DNA from: Eledone cirrhosa
Lineage: Eukaryota
Direction: 5' to 3'
NCBI GenBank assembly: GCA_964016885.1
Contig: OZ024743.1
Location: 218,550,001 to 218,614,000 of the forward strand
DNA length: 64,000 nucleotides
This document shows, one piece after another, positions 38,787 to 51,895 of the stretch (position 1 is the first letter of the stretch; the number at the start of each line of letters is the position of its first letter). A program made the position numbers and the translations under genes. A model generated the notes under the pieces. It was not told the origin of the DNA. It was given only the letters and a program-made list of their open reading frames with translations, and did not search any database.

Positions 38787-41599
38787 CATACATACATATA
38801 TATGCACACACACATATATATATATATACATATATATGTATACATACATATATATATACATATACATATATACATACATGCATATATGTATATATATATA
38901 TATATATGCTTATATATGTATGAGTTTGTGTGTATATATATACATATATACACACACACATGTATGTAAATGAAATGTATATAAGTATACTTTTAAGTTT
39001 TCCTGTTTGTTTATTTCTATTTACAAATGTACCAAGTAAAAGTCATTCAGTATGCAAACATATGCATACATGTTTGCCGTAGTGTATCACTATATATTTG
39101 TGTGATTGGGTATAAGTATGCGTATTTGTGCCTGTGTATGAATGTTTAAAGTAAGTGCTTGCTATGTAGACACATGCATGATCATGTGACTGCACATACT
39201 TCACATACACACAATTACATGTTCGGAATAGATAAATAGCCCTCGGATGGATTCAAAAATAAAAAATCTGAGTTGAATCAACTTAAAAATGCGATGCAAA
39301 TTGAAACCAAATTCAGCTTTGGTTAAGAAACAGAACCAGTATTGATGATTGGCTTCGGGAAAAAATGATGTGGAGGTGAGAAGAGGAAGAATTTGAAGTG
39401 GTGCAACTAGAGAATTATGAGACAGCAGTGGAGGTGGAGGGATACAGGGGAGGCGTAGAACCTGAGTGTTGATGAGCTGATTTCAATAATCAATTAAATA
39501 AAAAATTTAAATTAAAAAAAAAAAAAAATTAGTGATTAAGTTACTTATGAGATCCATAAGCCACTGAGAAAGCTTCTATATGGTTGCACAATGGGCTAGA
39601 AATAGCAGCTAAATCTCTCTCAAATTATACCTTACTGTTAAATAATGGAAGGACTCATTCGAGCAATGTATCTTTGGTATTAATAAAAATTATGGGATAG
39701 TCATGGCTGGGATGCCATTGACCATAGAGATGGTCAGAGAGAAAGAGGGAAACAGATTAGTAGTAGTAAAGAATGATCGAGTTGATCATAGACCTCATTC
39801 AATTACTGAGTGGGGTGGAGCTCGTCAAATCGAACCAAGGAAACAATGTTGATACTATATAATGGTTACAACTCCTAACAGAAAGAGCAACAGGAAATAA
39901 AGTATCTTGCTCAAAGACGTAACAAATCGCTTTGTTTGGGAATCAAACTCGCAACTTCACGATTGAGGATCCAATTCTCAAACCACTAAGTCACCACCAT
40001 CACGTGTACTTTTAATTTTTTTTAACAGGTTGGGTGTGATTTGGAGATTTTAGTTGCTATTTATAGCATGTTGAGAGACCGGATGGCTTAATGGTTAGGG
40101 TATTGAATTCACACTCATGAGGTTGCAAGTTCGATCCCTAGACCGGGCGATGCGTTATGTCCTTGAACAAGACACTTTATTTCACATTGTTCTTCTGCCA
40201 TGAGTTGCGACAGGTAGATAATATCAGCTATGGAAAGAACTATGGAAACATCATTTCATTGTTCAAATTTGATGCGCCCCACCCTACTCAGTAAGCGAAT
40301 GAGGTCAGGGATCTTGTCGATTGATTTCCCGAGAAACCAGATATAGGTAGATTAATCTTACATGGTAGAGGTATTTTGGTACTGAAGGTAGATCTCTGTA
40401 AGCTTCAGAGAACCGACTGGAGTTTGATCTATTAAATGTTTAATGTAAACCTACTTGTTATTAATGTTTAAGTATTTATATTCTGTAATGATTTACTAAA
40501 AAATATCTAAAAATTATCATTATTATCGTTTTTATATGCTTGCATGGGGTGGACAGGTCACCCCATGCAGCATCTCTCCAAAGGCCCCGTTCCTTCGTCA
40601 TCTCTGTGAATCTCAGCAACTTGAGATCAACTCTCACCACTTCTACCCAGGGCTTCCTTGGACTACTTCTGCCATGGCTTCCTTCCACTGAGATTTCGTG
40701 GCACTTCTTCACTTAGTGATCATCAAATGGGTTCAAATTTTTATAGTTCCTTTACAAGTCAACAGATCACTGAAAATTTGCCGTAAACTAAGGTAAAGAC
40801 TTAATTTTTAACTTAATGCAGTTATAGTGCTGCTTTTTTAAGTTTCAGGGATGTATTGCTAATGTGGTTTCATGTGGTACAGAACATTAAGAGTTAAACT
40901 AAAGAGGGAATGGATTAACTATATCTCTGCATTTAAACTTTGATCATCTGTTGTTGTTGTATCCGGAATAGAATAACCCAGACTATATTATTCAATGTCC
41001 ATTCTTTAAAGTTAGTATGTTGTGATTTGAAAAGATTTGACTGCTATTTCCAATTGGTCAAATGATGACACAGAGGCTTAGAGCAGGTAAGGGTGGGGAG
41101 CTAAGAGAGAAACTGGTTATAAAAAGTATCAGCTGACGTTGATATGCGATGAATGCGTGGTGTTCAGCCTCAGATCAGCCCTCCTGAACAAATTTAGGAC
41201 AAAAGGTATTCCAGCCATGACCATCCAGTTTTTATTTTGTATATTAAGACCTACATAATGCAATGCATCCTTACTTCCATTTTAAGATGGTAGAGCATAA
41301 TCTGAAAGAGATATAGCTCATATTTCTAGCAGGTTGAGCAACCACATAAAGGTTCCTACTGTTGTTGAAAGAGACTAATGGTAGAGGAAACCCAAGGAAA
41401 AGAAGTAAAGTAATGAAGACCCTTACAGACAAGATATGAAGTAATGAAGAGCCTTACAGACAAGATATGAAGTGATAAAGACCAATACAAACAAGTTGAA
41501 AAAAGATCAAGACAATTGGTGATATGCTACACAGTGAAACTCATCCTACACATGACAGCTTAAAAAACTGATTTCAATATCATCCAAATCATTTAAGCG

Positions 41600-41893
41600 G
41601 GCAGTAACTCCAAATAAAAGCTGACTTAAGCTATAACCTATCCCAAGTGTATGTAAAATCATGATGACAGAGATTATATATATATCTGTATGTTGTGGGA
41701 ATTTCTTTGATATTTGTGTAATCCACCCAAATAATTTATGTCTGAGAAATGGGCAAAAATCCCAACCTTATTTATGTAGAATTTTAAGTTAGTGAAAATC
41801 ATTAAAATATTGACCTTGAATATAAGCCGACTCACTTCTACCATAGGTTTTTTTGTTCATATATTCCTCGGCTTATATTCAAGTACATACGGT
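41600..41893. mobile_element. Possible Tc2/pogo-like MITE remnant
   Basis: TCGGCTTATATTCAAGTACATACGG-TA right end and internal GAATATAAGCCGA; left end degenerate. Confidence 0.35.
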
Positions 41894-42149
41894 AAGTGGC
41901 TGCAAAGTTTTTCTTATAAGTAACTTTATACTGAGAAGACGAGTTTATCAGTTTTCGCAGCACTGATTTTTATTTCGGCCATGTAGCACTTGACATCAAA
42001 CCTATCAAGTACAAGTTGGATATCACTTCTGTTGAGTTAAGTAATACCATATCGTCTGCAATTCCAACCGACAGATTCTACACCTGCTAGTCATGATACC
42101 AGTTGTGAAGAGCCAACTGCCAGAATTTGAGTTGCAAATAACTGCCTTT

Positions 42150-43805
42150 CATGTAAATTGAGATGCTGTTAGGGAAAATTGTGTTAGAAATGACACCAGT
42201 GCATTTAGCACCAGTGATACTAAAAGAAAAGGATACCTGGAAATGTTACTATGAGAAACTGATGAATGTAGGGGATAAATGGGAGGAAGAGAAGCTACCC
42301 CCAACCTGCACAATAGAGGCACCAGTTATTGAAGTTGAACTTAGCAGTTATAGGGTTAAAGAAGCAATCAAAGAATGAGAAATGGTAAAGCTGTAAGATC
42401 ATCAAAGATAGTTGCTGAGATGCTAAAAGTATTGGGAGAAGGAGTCAAACTAGTAACCTGCATACTCAATCAGGTAATATGGGACGGTGTCCTACACAAT
42501 CATAAATTGTACAACCATAAATTGTAAAATTTAGTCACTAGGCCAAAATAAGCCACTATACCTAGCATTCATTGATCTAGAAAAGGCATTTGACAGAGTA
42601 CCTCAATCTACTATTTGACAGTCCTTAAGGAAATATGGTTTAGAAGAATGACTGGTGAGAGCAGTGCAAGCCATGTACAGAGGAGCTGTAAGAGTAAGAA
42701 GTGACATTAGTTAGGAAAGCAAGGTACAAGTAGGAGTTCAGGGTTCAGTTCTTAGCCCACTACTATTCATTATATTTCTCCAAACTATAACAGAGTTTAA
42801 GAATGGCTGCCAATGGGAACTTCTCTACGTAGATGATCTGGCCCTTATAGGTGAATCCATTAAAGAACTAGAAAATAAGTTTCGACTATGGGAATAGAAT
42901 TTGGAAAAAAAAGATCTGAGAGTAAACTTAGCCAAAACTAAAGTGCCAGCCTGGGAGATCAGTGGCTCTGCTGCAGGACTGACTTGTTCTGAATGGACCC
43001 ATCCAACCTTTGCTAGCAGAGAAAGTGCACATTAAAACAATGGTGATGATGATATATATAGATGTGTAATTGTAATATTCATGAATGACAAAGCATAAAT
43101 GAACTGAAAGAGAAACTAGGAATAAGAAGGATCAGATGCAGTGTGCAAGAGAGAAGATTACATTGGTATGGACATGTGCTGCATATGAAGGATAACAGCT
43201 ATATAAAAAGATGCAGGGAGATCAAAGTTGAAGGAAGCTATGGTGTAGCGATACTTGGGAAAACCTGGGATGAAGTGATAAAAGTTGACTTTTTACAATT
43301 GCACCTCTCAAAGTTGGTGACACAGGATCGATATTTTGGTGTTATGCTGTAATTCAGAAGATACACCTTCCCATACGCATGGGTTGAAGCATACATCTAG
43401 TATGCACCACTTAACCCTTATCCTCCTCCCCTTGCCATACACCTCCAATGCACTAACATTCCACACACATCTTAATCACCCCACCCTTCTCCCATGCTTG
43501 TACATCCCCGCCCCAGTCCTCTGTCCACACAGTAAAGTGTTTCTTAGGTGTTATATCAAAATGTGCTGAACCCACACTGTAAAGTGGTCATGTAGGTATC
43601 ACGATAAAAAGCACCCAGCACACACTGTAAATGTTGTTGGCATTAGGATGGGCATCCAGCCATAAAAACTAAGCCAGACACAGTTTTGTATGAGCAAGAC
43701 AGTCACCGACAGTCACTGACTTGCCTCAAATGGGACAACCTGTCTAACCCGTGTTTGCGACGAAAACAGACATTAAACAATGATGATGATGATGATGATG
43801 ATGAT
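42150..43805 (+). mobile_element. Degenerate RTE fragments (42150-42950 and 43060-43805)
   Basis: WKCYYEKL, DLEKAFDRVP, QGSVLSPLLF, ERRLHWYGHV remnants. Confidence 0.75.
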
Positions 43806-43979
43806 TATTATTATATATATATGCCTATACATATGTACATGTGCATATATGGATATACATATATATATATATGTAGATGTATATATGTATACATATATAT
43901 AAACATATACATGTATAATTTCTGTAAGCAACGTTGCCATAGACAACACAAAACATTTTCTGGCATCACAAAAGGATAT

Positions 43980-44133
43980 TAATTTCGTTGTCTCTTTGCA
44001 TAATGATACTCTTGAGTTTGTTTTCCTCTGCTGAGAAGTATGGACTCACATCAAGATCCTGGAAGTTGACTGGGTTAGCTTCTTTTCCTGGTGTCTCTGA
44101 CTGGAGCGCTGCTGTTTTCTCTTCAAGCTGTTT
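43980..44133 (-). CDS. KIF6: KIF6 exon ending at a U12-type donor
   Basis: Acceptor tttctgtaacag|, 154 nt, phase 0 to 1. Translates [51 protein letters not shown], cf. KIF6 KLRDILKQRDNEI. Followed by |ATATCCTTTT. Confidence 0.9.
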
Positions 44134-44259
44134 CTGTTACAGAAATAGTTTAATGTAAACCCAACTGACATTTTTACTAAAAGAATGAGCGAACAGGAAA
44201 GAAAATTGCATAAAAAGATATTTTTTAACTGTGTTTTACATGTATGTCTATGCAAATAT

Positions 44260-44343
<84 letters not shown>

Positions 44344-44438
44344 TTATATATATATCTGTCCGAATCTGTATATTGATATAAATATATATATCATCATCAT
44401 CATCATCACCGTTTTACGTCCGTTCTTCCACGCTAGCA

Positions 44439-44469
<31 letters not shown>

Positions 44470-44525
44470 CTGTGTGTGTATATATGTGTGTTCATGTATG
44501 TGTGTGTATATATATATATATATAA

Positions 44526-44598
<73 letters not shown>

Positions 44599-47069
44599 TA
44601 AATATGTTTTGAAACAGCGAGCAATTTTGAAATTAGAAATAGAAGCTTTCGCCATATTTTTGACTAGAGAACTTTTAGCCTGATATTGGGGTTTAGAATC
44701 CTCTAGGAAATGGAAAAAGATGAGTATTGACATATATACAGACACATATATATGGCTGGAACACGTAACAGTAAAAGAGTATATACATATATTTCATCAT
44801 CTTTTAACGTGTATAATATATATTATGTGTGCGTGTTTACATACATATGTAAGTGCATAACGACACCCCCACCCCACCAATTTCGTTTTCAGAAAAAAAG
44901 TCAATTGCAAGTGTGTCAGAGGTCAGATTGGTTGAAAACACAGGGAAAAATTTAGGCAGAAACAATTTCTTAGTGATCTCCAACAAGTGCTTTTCTATGA
45001 ATTTAAATGGCTGATAGGTGCATATCTATAACTCTGAAGCCCCTTTCCCTCTCTACCTCCATTTTCGGAAAAAGGAGTCATTTGCAAGTGAGTCAAATGT
45101 CAGATTGGTCAAAATCAAATGAAAAAAAATAGAAAAAAGAAATTCCCACAGAAACTCTGAGGTTGGGAACAACCAAGGGTACTCCACCTGCCCCTCCCCC
45201 TCCTTTCCATTTTAGAGGGAAATGTTGAATTAGTTGAAATCACTCAACAAAGCCAAGAAAAAAAAAATCTTAGCAAACCCCATCATATCTTTTTCTGAGT
45301 ACAAATTAAAACATACATATAGTATTCATGTCGCTACACAGGCTGAAGGATACATCTGGTATGCACACCTTCACCTTCATCTCTCCTTCCAAACACCTCC
45401 CACGAGCAAGTCATGGTCATATGACCTCACCTTGCCTCAAATAGGACAATCCATCTAACCTACACTAGCGTGGAAAATGTATGTTAAACGGAGATGATGA
45501 TATATATATATGTGTGTGTGTGTGTGTGTATGTATATATATATACTAGTAAATGTATATACATATATATATATATCGTGTGTATGTGTGTGTATTCTGGC
45601 AGATATTCCCAGAGATAGCTGGGTATTTCCTGGAAGTAACAATACACACATTACAAAATATTTGACGAATAAAATAGAACCTCTGTATTTTCTACTGAAA
45701 CCTGATGCACTCTGAGTTACCTAACAAATTTACAGAGAAGGGATTCTACAACAGAGCGTTTTGTTAATAAATGCCTCATTCAGTTAGCTTTAGCCATGTG
45801 TATCTATGTATGTATAGTCCCCTAACTTCTGATAGAATTGTAGGGATGCTGTATTTATATACAGCGTTTCTTGGACATTTTTAAAACATGGTGGAGCCCA
45901 TCCCTTCAAGAGAGAGGAAGAATCGACCCCAGTACTAGACTGGTACTTTTTTTTTATATAGGCACAAGGCCAGCAGTTTGAAGAGAAGGGGAAAGTCAAT
46001 TAAATCGACCCCAGTGCATTACTTGTACTTTATTTTATTGATCCCATAATGATGAAAGGTAAAGCTAACCATGGCAGGATTTGAACGCAGAATGTAAAGG
46101 GCTGTAACTATATGCTACAAAGCATGATGTCCGATGCTCTATTGATACTGCCAATCCACCACCCATACAATTGAATGATAATAAAATGAAGAAAGTGTAT
46201 ATTTATGAGGGCATATGGACATTAAGCGGTGATGATATATTTATGAAAGAGTATATTTTCATGCCAGTCGCTCTCTGGTCCCTGAACTGCCATTCTCCTC
46301 TGTAAAATTGAGAGGAATGCATCTCACGTTAAGAAGGAACGCCATGAGATGGAATGGATGATGCAACGGGTGTCATTGGCTACTGTTCTTCACGACAATA
46401 CTTTCGTTATTTTGTCTATTAGGTGCAACTGAGATTTACTGCCCAGACCGGAAAGGTGGGGGAGCTAAAGTTTGTTGCTCCTTTTCCTCTTCCCTATACT
46501 TTCATTGTTCAATTTTTCTTTTTTTATTACATTTTCGTCCTTAATAAATAAAAATTGATTGAGCAGTGTAAAATTAACTGCCTCCTGGGTCTGGCCTTGT
46601 TGTGCTGAGGGGGCTTGTGTATTCTGTAAATTCTGTAAATGCTGAGAGCATTACCGTCTGGAGCTTTGATCCTGGTAAGGCCACCCTAGGTGAGCCAGTC
46701 TCCCGGGGAGGTACCAGACCAACAGTGACCTGTGGCATGTCAGCTCACCACCAAGATGGCAGCCCCATCATCCAACTATTCTGCAGAGGGCCAACAACCT
46801 ACCCAGGAGAACCATCAACCTGTTATGAAACCAACTAGAAGAATGAACAAGAAAGTAATGTGTAGAAATATAAAAATAACTAAATAGAATAAAGAAAGAA
46901 AGGAAGAGCTGAATGTATTAAAGAAGAAGGGGGAAAAGAAAAGGAGAGACTGACAGGAATACTGACAGAAGAGGACAAAAAGTAACAGAGAAGAAAAGGA
47001 AGACATATATACTGGTTTCTAATTTAAATAGAATGCCAGCAAATTTGAGGAAAGGGTAAAGTTGATTAA

Positions 47070-47289
47070 CCCTATAACATTTAAGCCAGCCATGTCTGGC
47101 CAGAATTCTTTCACCTCTTTCTATTCAAACCAGCCATAACTGGCTGCTCATACTTATGTTAAGGTATTGTTCTCAAATAAATAATATCAAAATCTTGTAC
47201 ATTCGATATTATGTGAGATAATTATGTAAGATTAAGTGTTTACTGTGAAAATACTATAGTATATATAGAGTAATGTCAATGTTAAAGGG
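47070..47289. mobile_element. piggyBac-like MITE inside a Nin-type SINE
   Basis: TTAA|CCCTATAACATT...AATGTTAAAGGG|TTAA. Confidence 0.75.
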
Positions 47290-47812
47290 TTAAATCAACC
47301 CCAGAACTTGACTGGTACTTTATTTTATTAGTCTTGAAATGAATAAAAGCAAAATTGACTTTAGGTGATTTGAACTCAGAATGTAAAGAACCTGAACAAA
47401 TATCACAATGGTATATTATCCGATGCTCTACCAATACCTATAAAATGTGTCTCAGGTGAACAAGACATTGACAGTACAGAGAGAGCAGTTGATAAATACA
47501 GAATGTATATTTAAAAAAAGGCATGCTAGATTCAATACGGAAAAAAAATTTAAAAAGAAACCCAGAAAAATCAGATTTTAGTTTTTTTTTCTCATTTTAT
47601 AAGAAAAAGAGAGGTGAGTTTTCTATTAATTTTCAGCTCTTCTGAGAAATACTTTTGAACAAAGTAGTTTCCATCAACTAGTAGGACAATAAAGTCAGTA
47701 TAAGCATTAGTTTAAAGGTGCATGGCTTAGTGGTTAAAGCATTTGGCTTGCAATCATGAGGTTGTGAGTTTGATTCCTGGATCGGGTGACATGTTGTGTC
47801 CTTTTGCAAGAC

Positions 47813-49320
47813 ATCATCATCACAGTTTTACGTCCGTTCTTCCACGCTTGCATGGGTTAGATGGGTTGTCCTGTTGTGGGCAGTAGCCGGTCGGCTGACC
47901 ATGCCTTGCTCATACAGGAACTGATTCTGGCTTGATTTCTACAGCTGGATGCCTTTCCTAACACTAACCTCATTTACAGTGAGTGCTGGGTGCTTTTTTG
48001 CCGTGGTGCCTACACGACCACTTTACAGTGTGGGCTGGGTGCTTTTTTGCCGTGGCACCTCCACGACCACTTTGCAGTGGGAGGGTGTGGAGGCATATTG
48101 TCTATATGCTTCAGCTTCGGCTTGTACTCGTGGGGGGTCGGGTCTTCTTTATTACTGCGTGACGCCAGAGGTCACGGTCATGTGTCATCACCTTTGAGAG
48201 GTGTAATTGGGTAAGGTCGGCTTTTATCACCTCATCCCAGGTCTTGTTGGGTCTCCCCACTTCGCGGTTTCCATCGACTTCTAGTGTTCTGCACCTTTTT
48301 ATGCAGCTGTCATCCTTCATATGCATCACATGTCCATACCAACGCAACCGCCTCTCCTGCACACAGCATTTGATTCCTCTTATGCTCAGTCTCTCTCAAT
48401 TCGTTTATGATTTGCCGTTCATGTATATTACTATTACACATCCATTGGAACATGCAGGCTTCGTTTCTTTCTAATCTACGCAAGTCTTCCACAGACAGCG
48501 CCCAGGTCTCACTACCATGTAACATTGCTGTTCGTATACACGCATCATACAGTCTGCCTTTCATTTTGAGGGAAAAGCCTTTTGCAGCTAACAGTGGCAG
48601 TAGCTCCCTTAACTTCTTCCATCCCGTTCTTATCCTAGTTATTGTACTTTCCGAACACCCACCTCCACTGCTAATTCGGTCACCTAGGTAGCAGAAGCTG
48701 TCTACTGTTTCTACAGAGCTCTTCCAGAGTTTGGTGGTACTTGTTTCCTGTGGCTGTTTGCTGCTTGCTGTCCCAGCACAGCTGCTACATGTGAAGCCTA
48801 CATTCTTAATTAAGCTTCCTGAGATCTCACTACATCTCTTGTGTACCCATTGTTTGCATTTAGGGCAGAGAATGGAGTTCCTACCTACACTTTTCCTACA
48901 TACTGAGCAAGGCCATTTCCCTGAGTGGATCTGGGTTCTGTTTTCTCGTCTACTTACAAGGACCTTAGTCTTTGTCAGGTTGACTTTGAGACCCTTTCTT
49001 TCTAGTCCCTGCTGTACAAGCCATGTATAGGGGAACAGTCAGCAAAGTTAGGATTAACAATGACTATAGCGAGGAATTTAGCATACAGGTCAGTGTCCAC
49101 CATGGCTCTGTTATTAGCCCTCTCCTGTTCATCATAGTTTTGCAGGCAATAACGGAGGAGTTTAAGACCGGATGCCCATGGGAACTCCTGTATGCAGATG
49201 ACCTTGCACTTATAGCTGAATCTATGGTAGAACTAGAGAAGAAATTCCAAACATGGAAGCAGGGACTAGAAAGAAAGGGTCTCAAAGTCAACCTGACAAA
49301 GACTAAGGTGCTTGTACGTA
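47813..49320 (-). mobile_element. RTE LINE with 5' inversion
   Basis: Minus-strand 3' part 47813-49013 joined to plus-strand RT segment 49011-49320 (MYRGTVSKVRINN...LLYADD...KTKVLV). Confidence 0.88.
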
Positions 49321-49390
49321 TATCAAGTATAAAACTAATATATTTTTTCATTGAACTGTGTTGTTTGTTTTGTTATTTGTTTAATTTTTT

Positions 49391-49424
<34 letters not shown>

Positions 49425-49437
49425 GAGAGAGTGTGTG

Positions 49438-49688
49438 TAAACAAAGTTTCATACACCTAACATGTATGTGCTACCAAAGGTTTTGAGGTCCAGACATAGT
49501 TACCACTGTATAATGGGGGAGGCACTTTTAAACTGGCCCTTCATTGAGGCACGTAGACAAAAATATTATTGTCCACATGCCTGAATGAAGGGCCAGTTTT
49601 AAAATGTCCCCTCCATTATACAGTGGTGACCATGACGGGACCCTGAAACCATTGGTATCACTTACACGTGTATGAAACTTTGTTTATA
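49438..49688. repeat. Fold-back element with a hammerhead-like motif in each arm
   Basis: Diverged ~120-bp arms around aaatattat. Right arm reads ATGC-CTGAATGA-AGGGCC...GGACCCT-GAAAC-CATTG-GTA-TCAC (49577-49661); left arm is the minus-strand copy (49468-49552). Confidence 0.75.
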
Positions 49689-49763
49689 CTAAATAAGCTC
49701 TCTTCCAACATATCAAGCACTGTATTCCTTGATCTTTCATCTACGGGTTTCTACCAAACGTAA

Positions 49764-49801
<38 letters not shown>

Positions 49802-49809
<8 letters not shown>

Positions 49810-50132
49810 ATGCTTTGGGAGGGGTCATGTTGCCAATAAGAAACACACGCACCAGTTGCTTTCACTTCAATTTATTATGAATTAAATTTATAAATTTCCG
49901 GTTGGTTGATTCCACAACCAGATGATTGTTCATATATTGTCAAAGTTCTTTCATCACACATGTGTGACGAAAGAACTTTGACAATATATGAACAATCATC
50001 TGGTTGTGGAACCAACCAACCAGAAATTTATAAATTCCTAAATTTATAAATTTAATTTATAATAAATTGAAGTGAAAGCAACTGGTGCGTGTTTCTTATT
50101 GGCAACATGACCCTCCCAAAGCATAACAATAT
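49802..50132. repeat. Near-perfect palindrome (Penelope pLTR-like fold-back) with ~55-bp tail
   Basis: ~160-bp arms centred on TCACACA|TGTGTGA (49960/49961), embedded in (TA)n. Confidence 0.85.
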
Positions 50133-51707
50133 CGGTTTCAACACACGTTTTCAGATAAAGAATCTTGCTAAACAAATTCAGAAACGATATATATATATAT
50201 AGTATGTGTGTGTGTATTGTTTATATAAAACTTTCATCCTCACATATTTTCTAAATGTTATTATTCCTTAGTTTATTTATTAATGCTTTTAAAATTTATT
50301 CATCTCACATCAAATACTTCCATCTTATTTTTTCCTTTTATCATTTGATTTATTTGCTAATTTTTTAAATGCATTTTTTCATAAGTTTATATAAATCAAC
50401 TTTTGTTTGTAGGTGTATTTGTTTCTGTTATATATATATATGAGACACAGAAAGAGAAAGTGAGATAGATAGCTCAACAGATTGATATGTATACACATAT
50501 ATACATCAATACACACACACATATATATATAGATATATATAAACACAAATATTACATATTACTATGCGTATGTATACATCCATTTTGGTTCATGTATATT
50601 ATTGGTTCTAAATGAGGTTTAATTCTACTTGAACACCAAACTAAAGGGTTTCAATCAACAGTTGAAATTGCTGGACACTCATAAAGAGATGGCAAGACAG
50701 TTAAGTGGCACATATACAAGACTAATAAGGAAAATTCAAAATGTATATTGGAGGGAGCACAAATCAAACAAGCCTATATATCGTGATCTGTGCTCAACTA
50801 AAGATGGCTAGAAGACACAGTCTTATAGGTTATGTATGGCGAAGAGATCAGGCAGAATCATTACAACAGTTACTGCTATGGGAACCCATACATGCTAGAA
50901 GAACATGAGGTGAGCCTCGTGTTAATTTCTGGAGTGGGTTTGTTAAGTCACAAAACTTAGAAAGAATGAGACAGGTAGGTGGAATATAGAAAAGATTGAA
51001 AGAGGGGTAGGACAAGAAGTGTGCTGATGCACGGAAGTGACTGGAAGAAGGATGTACAAGAGAAGTTTACACACACACATCTTCACCTTAATCAGCTCTC
51101 AAACCAGCAAAATGGTTGCCTATCACCCATCTTGTGAATTGTCTCTGTCAACCACTGATCACTGATTTCTGTCCTCTGAGGCATTTTTGCCCATTGCTGC
51201 CTTTGACAGCATTTAGTTGTTTTAACAGCTGTTCTAGCGATGAGTTTTCTCATTTTTATATATATATATATATATTACTATTTCTCTCTTTTCTATATTT
51301 TTCTCCTTTGGCTAAGCCCTTCCACACACTATATTTGTGTAATTTGCCTAAGGGCATAACTTGTTTCATGTTTTTTTAATGTCCCGATATGCACTGAAAT
51401 GAAAGGTATCGACCTTAATGAGCCGAAACTGTAGTGATTTCCAGAGGCTAACTGAGGAAATGGGACTGCCCGTCTTTCCGTTGTTTTTTTTCCATTATCT
51501 TTGTCCTGTGTGCTCCCTATTTTGAGTATGAATCTTCCTGGTCGTTCTTTTTCGGCTGCACGGGTGATTTTAGGCATGATCTCTATGTGTTGGTATTTTA
51601 ACGATAGTTATAGCTCTGATTTATCCAAATTATTGAGCCCTCTGCCACACATGTCGGATATTGTTTATCGTGATTTCGTGGGCTGATATTCTGATTCTCG
51701 ATTATTC

Positions 51708-51745
<38 letters not shown>

Positions 51746-51752
<7 letters not shown>

Positions 51753-51895
51753 TTTTATTAAGGCTAAATAGTGTCGTGATACTCTGGAATTTGAATTTCG
51801 CCAGCTTATCACGGGGTCATCACACAAGAACTGTCATAAGCAGGCGAAACTCCAGAATAACAAGACTCACTATTTAGCCTTAATAAAATGAATAT
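51746..51895. repeat. Fold-back element with Penelope-like terminus
   Basis: ATATTCATTTTATTAAGGCTAAATAGTG / CACTATTTAGCCTTAATAAAATGAATAT arms. Same ATGAATAT terminus as the 12.8-14.7 kb element; ~55-bp tail then (TA)n. Confidence 0.75.

Larger units (their letters stand above)
24103..43979 (-). other. KIF6: U12-type (minor spliceosome) intron of KIF6, AT-AT termini, 19,877 nt
   Basis: 5' end ATATCCTTTT (43979-43970). Branch-like GACCTTAAT (24120-24112) followed by TGTAGTTAT|GT. Joining gives ATT A|GT ATC TTA GTT = I-S-I-L-V. Confidence 0.8.

Noticed and set aside
44050-44133. 84-nt GT-AG exon as the sole model
   Set aside because: It omits the conserved QRDNEI segment that continues in frame to the U12 donor; kept only as a possible alternative isoform.
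51391-51436. GCAC-TGAAATGA...CC-GAAAC-T-GTA-GTG hammerhead-like string
   Set aside because: Core spacing wrong and stem II does not close onto GAAA; at best a decayed relic.
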